Source of the DNA: Candidatus Methylomirabilota bacterium
GTDB lineage: Bacteria; Methylomirabilota; Methylomirabilia; Rokubacteriales; CSP1-6
Direction of reading: 5' to 3'
Assembly: GCA_035312605.1 (NCBI GenBank)
Contig: DATGBR010000362.1
Location: 1 to 44,551, forward strand
DNA length: 44,551 nt
Numbering within the stretch: the first letter of the stretch is position 1; the number at the start of each line of letters is the position of its first letter. The notes beneath the pieces were generated by a model that was given only the letters and a program-made list of their open reading frames with translations, did not search any database and was not told where the DNA came from. A program made the position numbers and the translations under genes. Positions 26,273 to 34,507 of this stretch are shown piece by piece.

Positions 26273-27334
26273 ATGTCACCAGAGCAGGCAACGCTGGACC
26301 CGAAGAAGGTGGAGGAGTTCCTCGGCAAGGCGATCTCGGACGTCGCGGCCACGTTCCACGCGGGCCTCGTGCTCATCGGCGACAAGCTCGGCCTGTACCG
26401 GGCGATGGCCGGCGCCGGCCCGATGAGCCCCGCGGACCTGGCCAAGCGCACCGGCGCGCGCGAGCGCTACGTGCGCGAGTGGCTCTCCGCGCAGGCCGCG
26501 GGCGGCTACGTGACCTACGAGCCGGCCACCGGCCGCTTCACGCTGCCCCCGGAGCAGGCCTTCCTGCTGCTCGACGCCGACCTGCCGGGAGCGTTCCAGC
26601 TGAGCATCGGCTCGGTCCGCGACGAGCCGAAGATCTCGGATGCGTTCCGCACCGGCGCGGGAGTGGGCTGGCACGAGCACGATGCGGGGGTGTACGAGGG
26701 CTGCGAGCGGTTCTTCCGTCCGGGCTACGCCATGAATCTGGTCAGCCAGTGGATCCCCGCCCTCGACGGGGTGAAGGCGCGGCTCGACGCCGGCGGGCGG
26801 GTTGCCGACGTGGGCTGCGGCCACGGCGCGTCCAGCATCATCATGGCGCAGGCCTTCCCCCGCGCGAGCATCACCGGCTTCGACTATCATCCCCCCTCCA
26901 TCCAGGCCGCGCGGCAGGCGGCCGACAAGGCCGGGGTGGGGGACCGGTTGTCGTTCGAGGTGACGGCGGCCAAGGCGTACCCCGGCACCGGCTACGACCT
27001 GGTCACGTTCTTCGACTGCCTGCACGACATGGGCGATCCGGTGGGAGCGGCGCGCCACGTGCGGCAATCGCTGGCTCCGGGCGGGGTCTGGATGCTCGTG
27101 GAGCCCTTCGCCAACGACCGGCTGGAGGACAACCTCAACCCGGTCGGTCGCCTCTACTACTCGGCGTCGACGCTGCTCTGCACGCCCGCCTCGCTCAGCC
27201 AGGAGGTGGGGCTCGCGCTGGGTGCCCAGGCGGGGGAGAAGCGGCTGCGCGAGGTCCTGACCGAGGCGGGCTTCACCCGGATACGCCGGGTGGCGCAGAC
27301 CCCCGCCAACATGATCCTCGAAGTCCGCGCGTAA
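26273..27334 (+). CDS. class I SAM-dependent methyltransferase
   Basis: ATG at 26273 with a GGAGGAG RBS. Motif I VADVGCGHGASS and FDCLHDMGDP, with an N-terminal ~150-aa helical (winged-helix-like) extension. Confidence 0.9.
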   Translation: MSPEQATLDPKKVEEFLGKAISDVAATFHAGLVLIGDKLGLYRAMAGAGPMSPADLAKRTGARERYVREWLSAQAAGGYVTYEPATGRFTLPPEQAFLLLDADLPGAFQLSIGSVRDEPKISDAFRTGAGVGWHEHDAGVYEGCERFFRPGYAMNLVSQWIPALDGVKARLDAGGRVADVGCGHGASSIIMAQAFPRASITGFDYHPPSIQAARQAADKAGVGDRLSFEVTAAKAYPGTGYDLVTFFDCLHDMGDPVGAARHVRQSLAPGGVWMLVEPFANDRLEDNLNPVGRLYYSASTLLCTPASLSQEVGLALGAQAGEKRLREVLTEAGFTRIRRVAQTPANMILEVRA

Positions 27335-27340
27335 GAGGTT

Positions 27341-27375
27341 GGGGTCAGGTCCTACATTCCGTAAGACCTGACCCC
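27341..27375. terminator. bidirectional hairpin terminator between convergent genes
   Basis: GGGGTCAGGTC (27341-27351) pairs perfectly with GACCTGACCCC (27365-27375) around a 13-nt loop. It sits between the stops at 27334 (+) and 27380 (-). No U-tract. Confidence 0.55.
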
Positions 27376-27379
27376 GCCG

Positions 27380-28522
27380 TTACGTGATCAGGCCGTAGAA
27401 GCGGCCGGCGTTCTCGCAGGTCATCTTGTGCATGACCTCGGGCGGCAGGTGGCCGAACTGCTCGGCGATGTACTTGCTGGAGTCGGGCCACACCCCGTCG
27501 CCGTGCGGGTAGTCTGAGCCCCACATCAGCGTCTCGACGCCCATGTCGTCGATCAGCTTGGTGCCGATGCGGTCGAACTGGAACGTGGCCTTGCACTGCC
27601 GCCGCCAGTAGTCGCTCGGCTTCATCTTGAGCCCGAGATCGGTGAAGCGGTCCTCCCACTCGAAGTCCATGCGGTCGAGCGCGTACGGCACCCAGCCGAT
27701 GCCGCTCTCGCCGAAGGCGATGCGCACGTTCGGATAGCGCTCGAGCACCGCGGCCCCGATGATCGCGGCGAGGATGTTGACCAGGTTCATCTGGAACGCG
27801 GAAACCACCGTGAAGAAGGCGGCCCGCCGGGTGAGCCCCTTCTGGTTCTCCAGCACCGACGGCGGCAGTGCGGGGAAGGTGTGGAAGTGGAGCGGCAGGT
27901 TCACGTCGTTGACCGCCTTCCACAGCGGCTCCCACGTCGGATGCCACATCGGCTCCATGTCCCACGAGCAGGAGAGCTCCATGCCGCGCAGGCCGAGCTT
28001 GGCCACCCGGTAGACCTCCTGCACCGCGGCGTCGATGTCGCCGTAGGGCAGGCAGGCCAGGCCGATGAAGCGGTCGGGGTCGTGGCGGCAGAACTCCACC
28101 AGCCAGTCGTTGTAGATGTGGAACATCTCGGTGGCCGCCTCGTGATCGTTGAGCCGGGTGGCCGCGCCGAGGATGCCGTAGATGACCTCCGCCTGCACGC
28201 CGTCGCGGTCCATGTCCCTGGCCCGCAGCGCCGGAGTCGTCGGTCGGGCGACACCCTTCCTGCCGTCATCGTAAAGACCGGTAGCCGCCATGACGTCCAC
28301 GCGGTGGTGCTTGCCGGGCTCGTACTTGGAGCCGGCCGGCCCCACGCCGCCCCACAGGCCGAAGCTCGTGCCGTTCTTGGCGGTCCAGAAGGGACCGTCG
28401 GGTCCGTCCTTGACGTAGGGCATGCGGTCCTTGAGCGCCGCCGACGCGTTCGCGGTGAACAGATCGGGTGGGATCCAGGGCAGGTCGATGTGGCAGTCGG
28501 CGGAGATCCGTTGGTAGCGCAT
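27380..28522 (-). CDS. amidohydrolase family protein (Amidohydro_2 / ACMSD-like metal-dependent hydrolase)
   Basis: ATG at 28522 (MRYQRISADCHIDLPW..) with AAGGGGG 5 nt upstream (the alternative ATG at 28552 has no RBS). Further blocks ..LPLHFHT.. and ..MWGSDYPHGDG... Confidence 0.88.
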   Translation of the reverse strand: MRYQRISADCHIDLPWIPPDLFTANASAALKDRMPYVKDGPDGPFWTAKNGTSFGLWGGVGPAGSKYEPGKHHRVDVMAATGLYDDGRKGVARPTTPALRARDMDRDGVQAEVIYGILGAATRLNDHEAATEMFHIYNDWLVEFCRHDPDRFIGLACLPYGDIDAAVQEVYRVAKLGLRGMELSCSWDMEPMWHPTWEPLWKAVNDVNLPLHFHTFPALPPSVLENQKGLTRRAAFFTVVSAFQMNLVNILAAIIGAAVLERYPNVRIAFGESGIGWVPYALDRMDFEWEDRFTDLGLKMKPSDYWRRQCKATFQFDRIGTKLIDDMGVETLMWGSDYPHGDGVWPDSSKYIAEQFGHLPPEVMHKMTCENAGRFYGLIT

Positions 28523-28569
28523 GACGCCCCCTTTGGTCGGTGAACCGCTCATCTCTCGCGTGTGGACAG

Positions 28570-28598
28570 AGCCTAGCCACCGGCGGGGGCGTCGTCAA
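28570..28598 (-). promoter_or_regulatory. sigma70-type promoter candidate for the amidohydrolase gene
   Basis: The minus strand reads TTGACG-N17-TAGGCT (complement of 28593-28598 and 28570-28575). A start near 28563 gives a ~41-nt leader to ATG 28522. Confidence 0.45.
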
Positions 28599-28645
28599 GC
28601 CACCTTGACTCGGGCCCGCCTCCGCGGCACCATGCCCGGGCCGCC

Positions 28646-29839
28646 ATGCTCCAGGGCATCCGCGTCCTCGACCTCTCCCGCGTGATCGCGGGGCCCTACT
28701 CGGCGGCCCTCCTGGGCGACCTGGGCGCCGACGTGATCAAGCTCGAGCGGCCCGGGCGCGGTGACGACATGCGCTCCTTCCGCGGCGACGGCTCGATGAG
28801 CGCGGCCTTCGCGGCGGTGAACCGGAACAAGCGCGGGATCGCGGTGGATCTGCAGAAACCGGAGGGCGCGCGGCTGGCCTTCGAGCTGGCCCGCCGCGCC
28901 GACGTGGTGGTCGAGAACTTCCTGCCCGGGGTGGCCGAGCGGCTCGGGCTGGGCTACGCCGCGATCCGCGCGGTGAACCCCGCAGTGGTCTACGCCTCGG
29001 TCACCGGCTTCGGCCAGACCGGCCCGCTCGCGCGCAAGCCCGGCTACAACACCATCGCGCAGGGCATGAGCGGGCTGATGGCGCTGACCGGCATGCCCGG
29101 CGATCCACCGACGCGGGTGGGCGGCTCGGTCTCCGACGTGGCCGCGTCCTACATGGCGTTCGGCATGGTCAACGCGGCGCTGGTGCGCCGCTTCCGCACC
29201 GGGGAGGGCCAGCACGTCGACGTGAGCCTGGTCTCGGCGAGCCTCGGTCTGCTGCCCGATCCGGTCGCGGTCTACTTCGACACCGGCGAGCGGCCGGTGC
29301 GCGTGGGCAACCGCAACCTGAACCTCTCGCCCGCGGAGGCCTTCCAGGCCGGCGACGGCTTCGTCAACGTGGTGCTGATGAACCCCGACCAGTGGGGCCG
29401 CTTCTGCGGCGCGCTCGGGGATGGCGCGATGGAGACGGATCCGCGCTTCGCCACCAACACCGCGCGGCTCGCGAACCATCTCGCGTTCAAGGCGCGGGTC
29501 GAAGCCGTCCTCGGCACTGGCTCCGCGAAGGAGTGGGTGGCCCGCCTGGAAGCGGCCGGCATCGCGGCGGGACCGATCTACGAGTTCCACGAGGTGTTCG
29601 AGGATCCGCAGGTGCGTCACCTGGGGCTGGTGGCCGAGGTGGAGCAGCCCGGCGCGGGCAAGGTGAAGATGCTGACCTTCCCGGGCCGCGCCTCCGCCAC
29701 GCCGCCGCGCATCGATCGCCCGGCCCCGCTCCTCGGCCAGCACACCGCGGAAGTGCTGGGTGAGCTCGGGCTCTCGCGCGAGGAGATCGACCGCCTCGCC
29801 GCCGCCGGAGTGATCGTCCTGGGCGAGCAACCCGCCTGA
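28646..29839 (+). CDS. CoA transferase, family III (CaiB/BaiF type)
   Basis: 397 aa with the typical N-terminus MLQGIRVLDLSRVIAGPYSAALLGDLGADVIKLERP. Confidence 0.92.
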   Translation: MLQGIRVLDLSRVIAGPYSAALLGDLGADVIKLERPGRGDDMRSFRGDGSMSAAFAAVNRNKRGIAVDLQKPEGARLAFELARRADVVVENFLPGVAERLGLGYAAIRAVNPAVVYASVTGFGQTGPLARKPGYNTIAQGMSGLMALTGMPGDPPTRVGGSVSDVAASYMAFGMVNAALVRRFRTGEGQHVDVSLVSASLGLLPDPVAVYFDTGERPVRVGNRNLNLSPAEAFQAGDGFVNVVLMNPDQWGRFCGALGDGAMETDPRFATNTARLANHLAFKARVEAVLGTGSAKEWVARLEAAGIAAGPIYEFHEVFEDPQVRHLGLVAEVEQPGAGKVKMLTFPGRASATPPRIDRPAPLLGQHTAEVLGELGLSREEIDRLAAAGVIVLGEQPA

Positions 29840-29854
29840 CTCCGTAAGACGGAG
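29840..29854 (+). terminator. small hairpin directly after the CoA-transferase stop
   Basis: CTCCGT-AAG-ACGGAG at 29840-29854. The stem is short and there is no U-tract. Confidence 0.25.
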
Positions 29855-29935
29855 CCGCCCCGCCCGGCGTTTACGCGTGAAAGCAGGAATAGGCGCGCCC
29901 GCCTCGCCCGTCTGATCAGCGAGGAGGACACGATC

Positions 29936-30100
29936 ATGCGACTGCTCTTGCTCATCCCACTGGCCGCGCTGCTGCTGGCCGGTTGTGCCATCGTTCCGAT
30001 CGGCCCGTACGCGTACGCCCCGCCCCGACCCCGCGTGACCTATGTGTATCCGGCGTACCCGTACGGCTGGTACGCGCCCCGCTACTACGGTCACTGGTAG
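29936..30100 (+). CDS. small Tyr/Pro-rich lipoprotein (54 aa), absent from the supplied ORF track
   Basis: ATG at 29936 with GAGGAGG 7 nt upstream. Translation: MRLLLLIPLAALLLAGCAIVPIGPYAYAPPRPRVTYVYPAYPYGWYAPRYYGHW, ending at TAG 30098-30100. It has a lipobox (LLAGC) and ends 12 nt before the transporter gene. Confidence 0.55.
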   Translation: MRLLLLIPLAALLLAGCAIVPIGPYAYAPPRPRVTYVYPAYPYGWYAPRYYGHW

Positions 30101-30112
30101 TATCCTCGGCGG

Positions 30113-31498
30113 GTGCGCCGCCCGCCGCCCGGTTTCCGCTGGCTCATTCCGCTGGTGGGATTCCTGGCGGTGCTGGCGGCGCCCACCCCCGCCGGCCTCA
30201 CCTCCGAGGGCCAGCGCGTCCTGGCCGTGATCGTGCTGGCCATCGGGCTCTGGGGGCTCGAGGCCGTGCCTCCCGGCGTCACCGCGATCGTCGCCATCGT
30301 GGCCCTGGTCGGCACGGGTGCGGTCGCGGGCATCCGCGAGGGCCTCGCCGGGTTCGCCGATCCGATCGCGTTCTTCCTGGTCGGGGTGCTCACCATGGGC
30401 GCGGCGGTGGCCCGGAGCGGCCTCGCGGCGCGGCTCGCGCACCAGCTGCTGGCCCAGGGCCGCGGGCGGGCCGGCGCGCTCTATCTCCACCTGCTCCTGG
30501 CGATGCCGCTCCTCACGCTGCTGCTTCCCTCGGCCAGCGCGCGCACCGGCATCCTCGTCCACGTGTACGATCAGGCCCTCGAGCTCGGCCGCGTGCCGCG
30601 CGGGGCGCCGCTCGCGCGTGCGGTGATGATGCTGCTGAACTCGGTCAACCGGCTCTCCTCCACAATTCTATTGACCGGCGGCATCACGCCCATCGTGGCC
30701 GCCGGCCTCATCGGCACGATCTCGTGGACGCGCTGGTTCGTCCTCATGAGCGTGCCGTACGCGGTGCTGCTCGCGCTCGCCGCGCTCGCGATCTACCTGC
30801 GCTATCGGCGCGGCTTCCGCGCGCGCATCACGGTGCCCGCCGCGCCGGCGCGCCGCCCGCTCTCGGGGATGGAGTGGCGCACCGCGCTCATCACCGGGGG
30901 CGCGGGGCTGCTCTGGCTCACCGACGCCTTCCACCACCTGCACCCGACGCTGCCCGCCCTGATCGCCTGGATCTGCTTCCTGGCGCCCGGCATCGGCGTG
31001 CTCACCTGGCGAGAGTTCGAGCAGGAGGTGGGCTGGACCAACTTCTTCGTGATCGCCGCCTCCCTCTCCCTGGCCCAGGGACTGGCGCGCTCCGGGGCGA
31101 GCGACTGGCTCGCGGGCGGCGTGGTGGGAGCAGCGCACGGAGTGGCGGCGGCGCCGTTCATGGTGGTGGTGGTGCTGCTGCTGGCCTCGTCGGTGGTGCG
31201 GCTGATGATCCCGAACATCACCGGCTTCCTGGCCACCACCATTCCGGTGGCGATGTCGGTGGGCACGGCGGCGGGGCTCAACCCGGTGCTGTGCGGGCTC
31301 ATCGTCACGATCGCGGGCGACGCGGTTCTCTACTACCCGGCGCAGAGCGCCTCGTCCCTGGTGGTCTACGAGCGGGGACACCTCGGCGCGGGGGAGATCT
31401 TTCGCTTCGGGCTCCTGATGACCGCGCTGGGCGCGGTGGTGGTGCTGGCGGTGGCGCTGCCGTACTGGACGCTGATCGGAGAGCCGCTGATCCGCTGA
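30113..31498 (+). CDS. anion transporter of the DASS/SLC13 (ArsB/NhaD permease) superfamily
   Basis: 461-aa polytopic membrane protein with a GTG start. It has two re-entrant-loop-like motifs (LLPSASARTG and IPNITGFLATT) in the two halves. Confidence 0.75.
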   Translation: MRRPPPGFRWLIPLVGFLAVLAAPTPAGLTSEGQRVLAVIVLAIGLWGLEAVPPGVTAIVAIVALVGTGAVAGIREGLAGFADPIAFFLVGVLTMGAAVARSGLAARLAHQLLAQGRGRAGALYLHLLLAMPLLTLLLPSASARTGILVHVYDQALELGRVPRGAPLARAVMMLLNSVNRLSSTILLTGGITPIVAAGLIGTISWTRWFVLMSVPYAVLLALAALAIYLRYRRGFRARITVPAAPARRPLSGMEWRTALITGGAGLLWLTDAFHHLHPTLPALIAWICFLAPGIGVLTWREFEQEVGWTNFFVIAASLSLAQGLARSGASDWLAGGVVGAAHGVAAAPFMVVVVLLLASSVVRLMIPNITGFLATTIPVAMSVGTAAGLNPVLCGLIVTIAGDAVLYYPAQSASSLVVYERGHLGAGEIFRFGLLMTALGAVVVLAVALPYWTLIGEPLIR

Positions 31499-34237
31499 CT
31501 AGCGGACGCGATCGAGGACTTCGCGGATCTTGGCGAGCAGATCGGCCGGGGCGAACGGCTTGCCGAGCAGCACCGTGCTCGCGTCGCGCACCCCGTGACG
31601 GACGATGGCGTCCTCGGTGTAGCCGGACATGTACAGCACGCGCATGTCGGGCCGGATGGCGCGCACGCGGTCCACCAGCTCGCGCCCGCTCATGCGCGGC
31701 ATCACCACGTCGGAGAGGACGAGATCGATGCGGTCGCCTTCGGCCTCGTAGCGGCGGAGGGCCTCCAGCCCGTCGCTCGCCTCGAGCACGCGGTAGCCCT
31801 GCCGCTCCAGCACCTCGCGGGTGAGCGCGCGCACCTCGTCCTCGTCCTCCGCGAGCAGGATCGTCTCGCGCCCGGCGATCTCGCGGCCCGCGGTCTCCGC
31901 GATCCGGGCGGGCTCGACGGGAGTCGCCACCTGAGGCAGGTAGATCTCGAACGTGGCGCCGCCACCCACCACGCTGCGCACCTGGATGGCGCCCCCGTGC
32001 TGTCGCACCACCCCGTGCACCATCGAGAGCCCGAGCCCGGTGCCCTTCCCCGGCTCCTTCGTGGTGAAGAATGGTTCAAAGATGCGCGCCAGGGTGGCCG
32101 CGTCCATTCCCACGCCGGTGTCCATGACTCGCAGGACTGCGTACGGGCCGGGCGGTAGAGCCTCCGGGCGGTCCGGCGGGGCCGCCTCGACCTGGACGCA
32201 ATCGGTCTCGACGCCCAGGGTGCCGCCGCGGGGCATGGCATCGCGCGAGTTCACGGCCAGGTTCATCAGCACTTGCTCGAGCTGGCCCGGGTCGGCGTTG
32301 ACGTGTCCGGCCCGAGGGCCCAGGGTGAGGAGCAGCTCGACGTCCTCGCCGATGAGCCGACGCAGCATCTCGCTGACCTCCTCGACCATCGCGTTGAGGT
32401 CGAGGTCCTTGCGTTGCAGCACCTGCTTGCGGCTGAAGGCCAGGAGCTGGCGGGTCAGGCCGGCGGCGCGATCGGCGGTCTTCTGGATCTGCTCCACGCT
32501 GCGGCGGAGCGGATCGTCGGCCTTCAGCCGGCCGAGGAGGATCGCGCTGCGCCCGGTGATGACGGTGAGGAGGTTGTTGAAGTCGTGAGCCACTCCGCCC
32601 GCGAGGCGCCCCACCGCCTCCATCTTCTGGGCCTGCCGCAGCTCGTCCTCGAGCTGCTTGCGCTGGGTGACGTCCATCATCGCGCCGATCATCCGGGTGC
32701 CCCGCCCGTCCGCGTCGCGGAGCACGTAGCCGCGGTCGTAGACCTGGGCGTACGAGCCGTCCGCGCGCCGGCAGCGGTACTCCGCGCTCCAGCTCTCGTC
32801 GCCGCGCTCGATGGCGGCGTGGATGTCGGTCACCACCCGCTCGCGATCCTCCGGATGGATGAGCTCGTACCACCAGGCGATGTCCGGGCCGATCTGCTCC
32901 TCGGTATAGCCGAAGAGGGTCTGGACACCCTCGTTCAACCAGAGCCCGTCGCTGACCAGATCCCAGTCCCATACCGCGTCGTTGGTGGCGCGCGAGACGA
33001 ACTGGAAGCGCTCCTGGCTCTCACGGAGGGCGCGCACCAGGCGCTCGGCGGTGCCGCGCGCGACCTGCTCGTCCGCGAAGAGCTGGGCGTTGCGGATGGC
33101 GAGCGCGGCCTGGGCGGCCAGGCGCGCCAGGATGGCCTCGTCCTGATCGGTGAAGGCCCGGGCCGCGCGGTTGTCGACGTAGAGCAGGCCCTCGACGCGG
33201 TCTTCGATGAGCACCGGGACCGCCATCTGGGCGTGGATGCCGAGACGCCGGATGCGCTGCTGGTAGTGGTCGCCGATCCGGGGATCGCGGAGGTAGTCGC
33301 TCGTGCGCATCGGGCGCCGCTCCACGAGGACGAGCCCGCCCAGGCCTCGCCCCGGCTCGATGCAGGTGTCGGCTAGCGTGCCGTACCACGCGGCGGTCCC
33401 ATAGCGCAGGCGCACCGCGTCGGAGCCGGGCACGCGCAGGCCGATCACCGCCCCCTCGCTGCGGCAGAGCTCCTGGGCCGCCTCGGTCACGCGCCGGAGC
33501 ACCGTCTCCAGGTCGAGGGTTCCGCCGATGGTACGGGCCAGCTCGGCGAGGATCTCCGCCTCCCGCCGCCGGTGCTCCTCGTCGGCGAAGAGTCGCGCGT
33601 GCTCCAGGGTGAGCGCCGCCTGGTCGGCGAGCGCCTCCGCCATCTGCACCGCGCGCGCGTCGAAGACGCTGCCGGTGGCGTTCCGCGCCGCGAGCACGCC
33701 GATGAGGCGATCCTGGGTCAGCAGGGGAACCGCGAGGATCGCGCGGTCGGGCGCCTGCTCGAGGTGGCGGCGGAGATCCGCGCTGGTCTCGATGCGCGAG
33801 TCCGCGAGCACGTCCGGCGTGGTGATGGTCCGCCGCTCGCGGATGGCGAGCCCGACCGCGCCCGAGCCCGGCTCGCGCACCGGACGCCAGCCGCCCGACG
33901 GATCGGTCGCGTGGGATACCGCCAGCGAATGGAGGCTCTGCGAGTCCGGGTCGAGACGATAGACCACCGCGGAGCCGCCCGCGAGGAGGGTGCGCAGGCT
34001 CTCCGCGATGCGCAGGCCGACGACGTCGGGCTCGAGGCGCTCGGAGAGCAGCCGGCCGATGCCGGCGAGCGCCCGCGTCTCCTCGAGGCGCGTGCGCTCC
34101 CGATCCAGGAGGCGCGCATTCTCCTGCTCGAGGCGGTGCAGTCTCGCGCGGAGCGTGTCGGGCTCGTGGGTGCCCGGGGTGCTGTGGGGTCGCAGCGGTC
34201 CCATCGCGTGTCGGTGGTGGAGCAAGGACCACGCCAT
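31499..34237 (-). CDS. hybrid sensor histidine kinase (GAF-GAF-PAS-HisKA-HATPase-REC)
   Basis: H-box VAHDFNNLLTVI, G-boxes DTGVGM / GTGLGLS, and a C-terminal REC domain (ILLAEDEDEVR..LSDVVMPRMSG). The start is uncertain (in-frame candidates at 34204, 34237, 34273, 34357, 34363). 34237 was chosen for a GGGGA purine patch upstream. Confidence 0.8.
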   Translation of the reverse strand: MAWSLLHHRHAMGPLRPHSTPGTHEPDTLRARLHRLEQENARLLDRERTRLEETRALAGIGRLLSERLEPDVVGLRIAESLRTLLAGGSAVVYRLDPDSQSLHSLAVSHATDPSGGWRPVREPGSGAVGLAIRERRTITTPDVLADSRIETSADLRRHLEQAPDRAILAVPLLTQDRLIGVLAARNATGSVFDARAVQMAEALADQAALTLEHARLFADEEHRRREAEILAELARTIGGTLDLETVLRRVTEAAQELCRSEGAVIGLRVPGSDAVRLRYGTAAWYGTLADTCIEPGRGLGGLVLVERRPMRTSDYLRDPRIGDHYQQRIRRLGIHAQMAVPVLIEDRVEGLLYVDNRAARAFTDQDEAILARLAAQAALAIRNAQLFADEQVARGTAERLVRALRESQERFQFVSRATNDAVWDWDLVSDGLWLNEGVQTLFGYTEEQIGPDIAWWYELIHPEDRERVVTDIHAAIERGDESWSAEYRCRRADGSYAQVYDRGYVLRDADGRGTRMIGAMMDVTQRKQLEDELRQAQKMEAVGRLAGGVAHDFNNLLTVITGRSAILLGRLKADDPLRRSVEQIQKTADRAAGLTRQLLAFSRKQVLQRKDLDLNAMVEEVSEMLRRLIGEDVELLLTLGPRAGHVNADPGQLEQVLMNLAVNSRDAMPRGGTLGVETDCVQVEAAPPDRPEALPPGPYAVLRVMDTGVGMDAATLARIFEPFFTTKEPGKGTGLGLSMVHGVVRQHGGAIQVRSVVGGGATFEIYLPQVATPVEPARIAETAGREIAGRETILLAEDEDEVRALTREVLERQGYRVLEASDGLEALRRYEAEGDRIDLVLSDVVMPRMSGRELVDRVRAIRPDMRVLYMSGYTEDAIVRHGVRDASTVLLGKPFAPADLLAKIREVLDRVR

Positions 34238-34327
34238 GGATAAGTCCCCGATTCGCTTACCGTTCCAGGCCATGACCGCACGGAAAGTGTCAGCCCGCGT
34301 CGCAAAATGAGCACCCGGTCGGGCCCC

Positions 34328-34357
34328 GGGACAGGCCGGGCGCTCCGGTGCTACCAT
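34328..34357 (+). promoter_or_regulatory. extended -10 promoter candidate (GGGACA-N18-TACCAT, with TGc) for the aminotransferase gene
   Basis: TGCTACCAT at 34349-34357 and GGGACA at 34328-34333. A start near 34364 would give a 42-nt leader to ATG 34406, which has a GGGAGA RBS. Confidence 0.35.
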
Positions 34358-34507
34358 GGCCACTCACCGTCGCGAGCCGCTCAACTTCTCCCGGGAGATT
34401 CGTCCATGACCACCGACGCGCAGGCCATCCGCCACCTCTAGACCCACAAGACGCAGGACCATCCGTTCCTGTCCGACCAGGAGCTGGTCATCGACCGAGG
34501 CGAGGGA

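Noticed and set aside
28605-28633. TTGACT-N17-CACCAT as a promoter for the CoA-transferase gene.
   Set aside because: The -10 lacks the TAnnnT pattern seen in the other candidates. The start would fall ~6 nt before the ATG with no RBS. It is too weak to report as a feature.
27358-29850. A shared 10-mer TCCGTAAGAC at 27358-27367 and 29841-29850, each followed by a CCCGCC..GTT(T)ACG(C)GTGA-like stretch, considered as a possible small repeat family at gene 3' ends.
   Set aside because: Exact 10-mer repeats are expected many times by chance in 44 kb on two strands. Part of the first copy's extension is the coding 3' end of the amidohydrolase gene. Evidence from two copies is insufficient.
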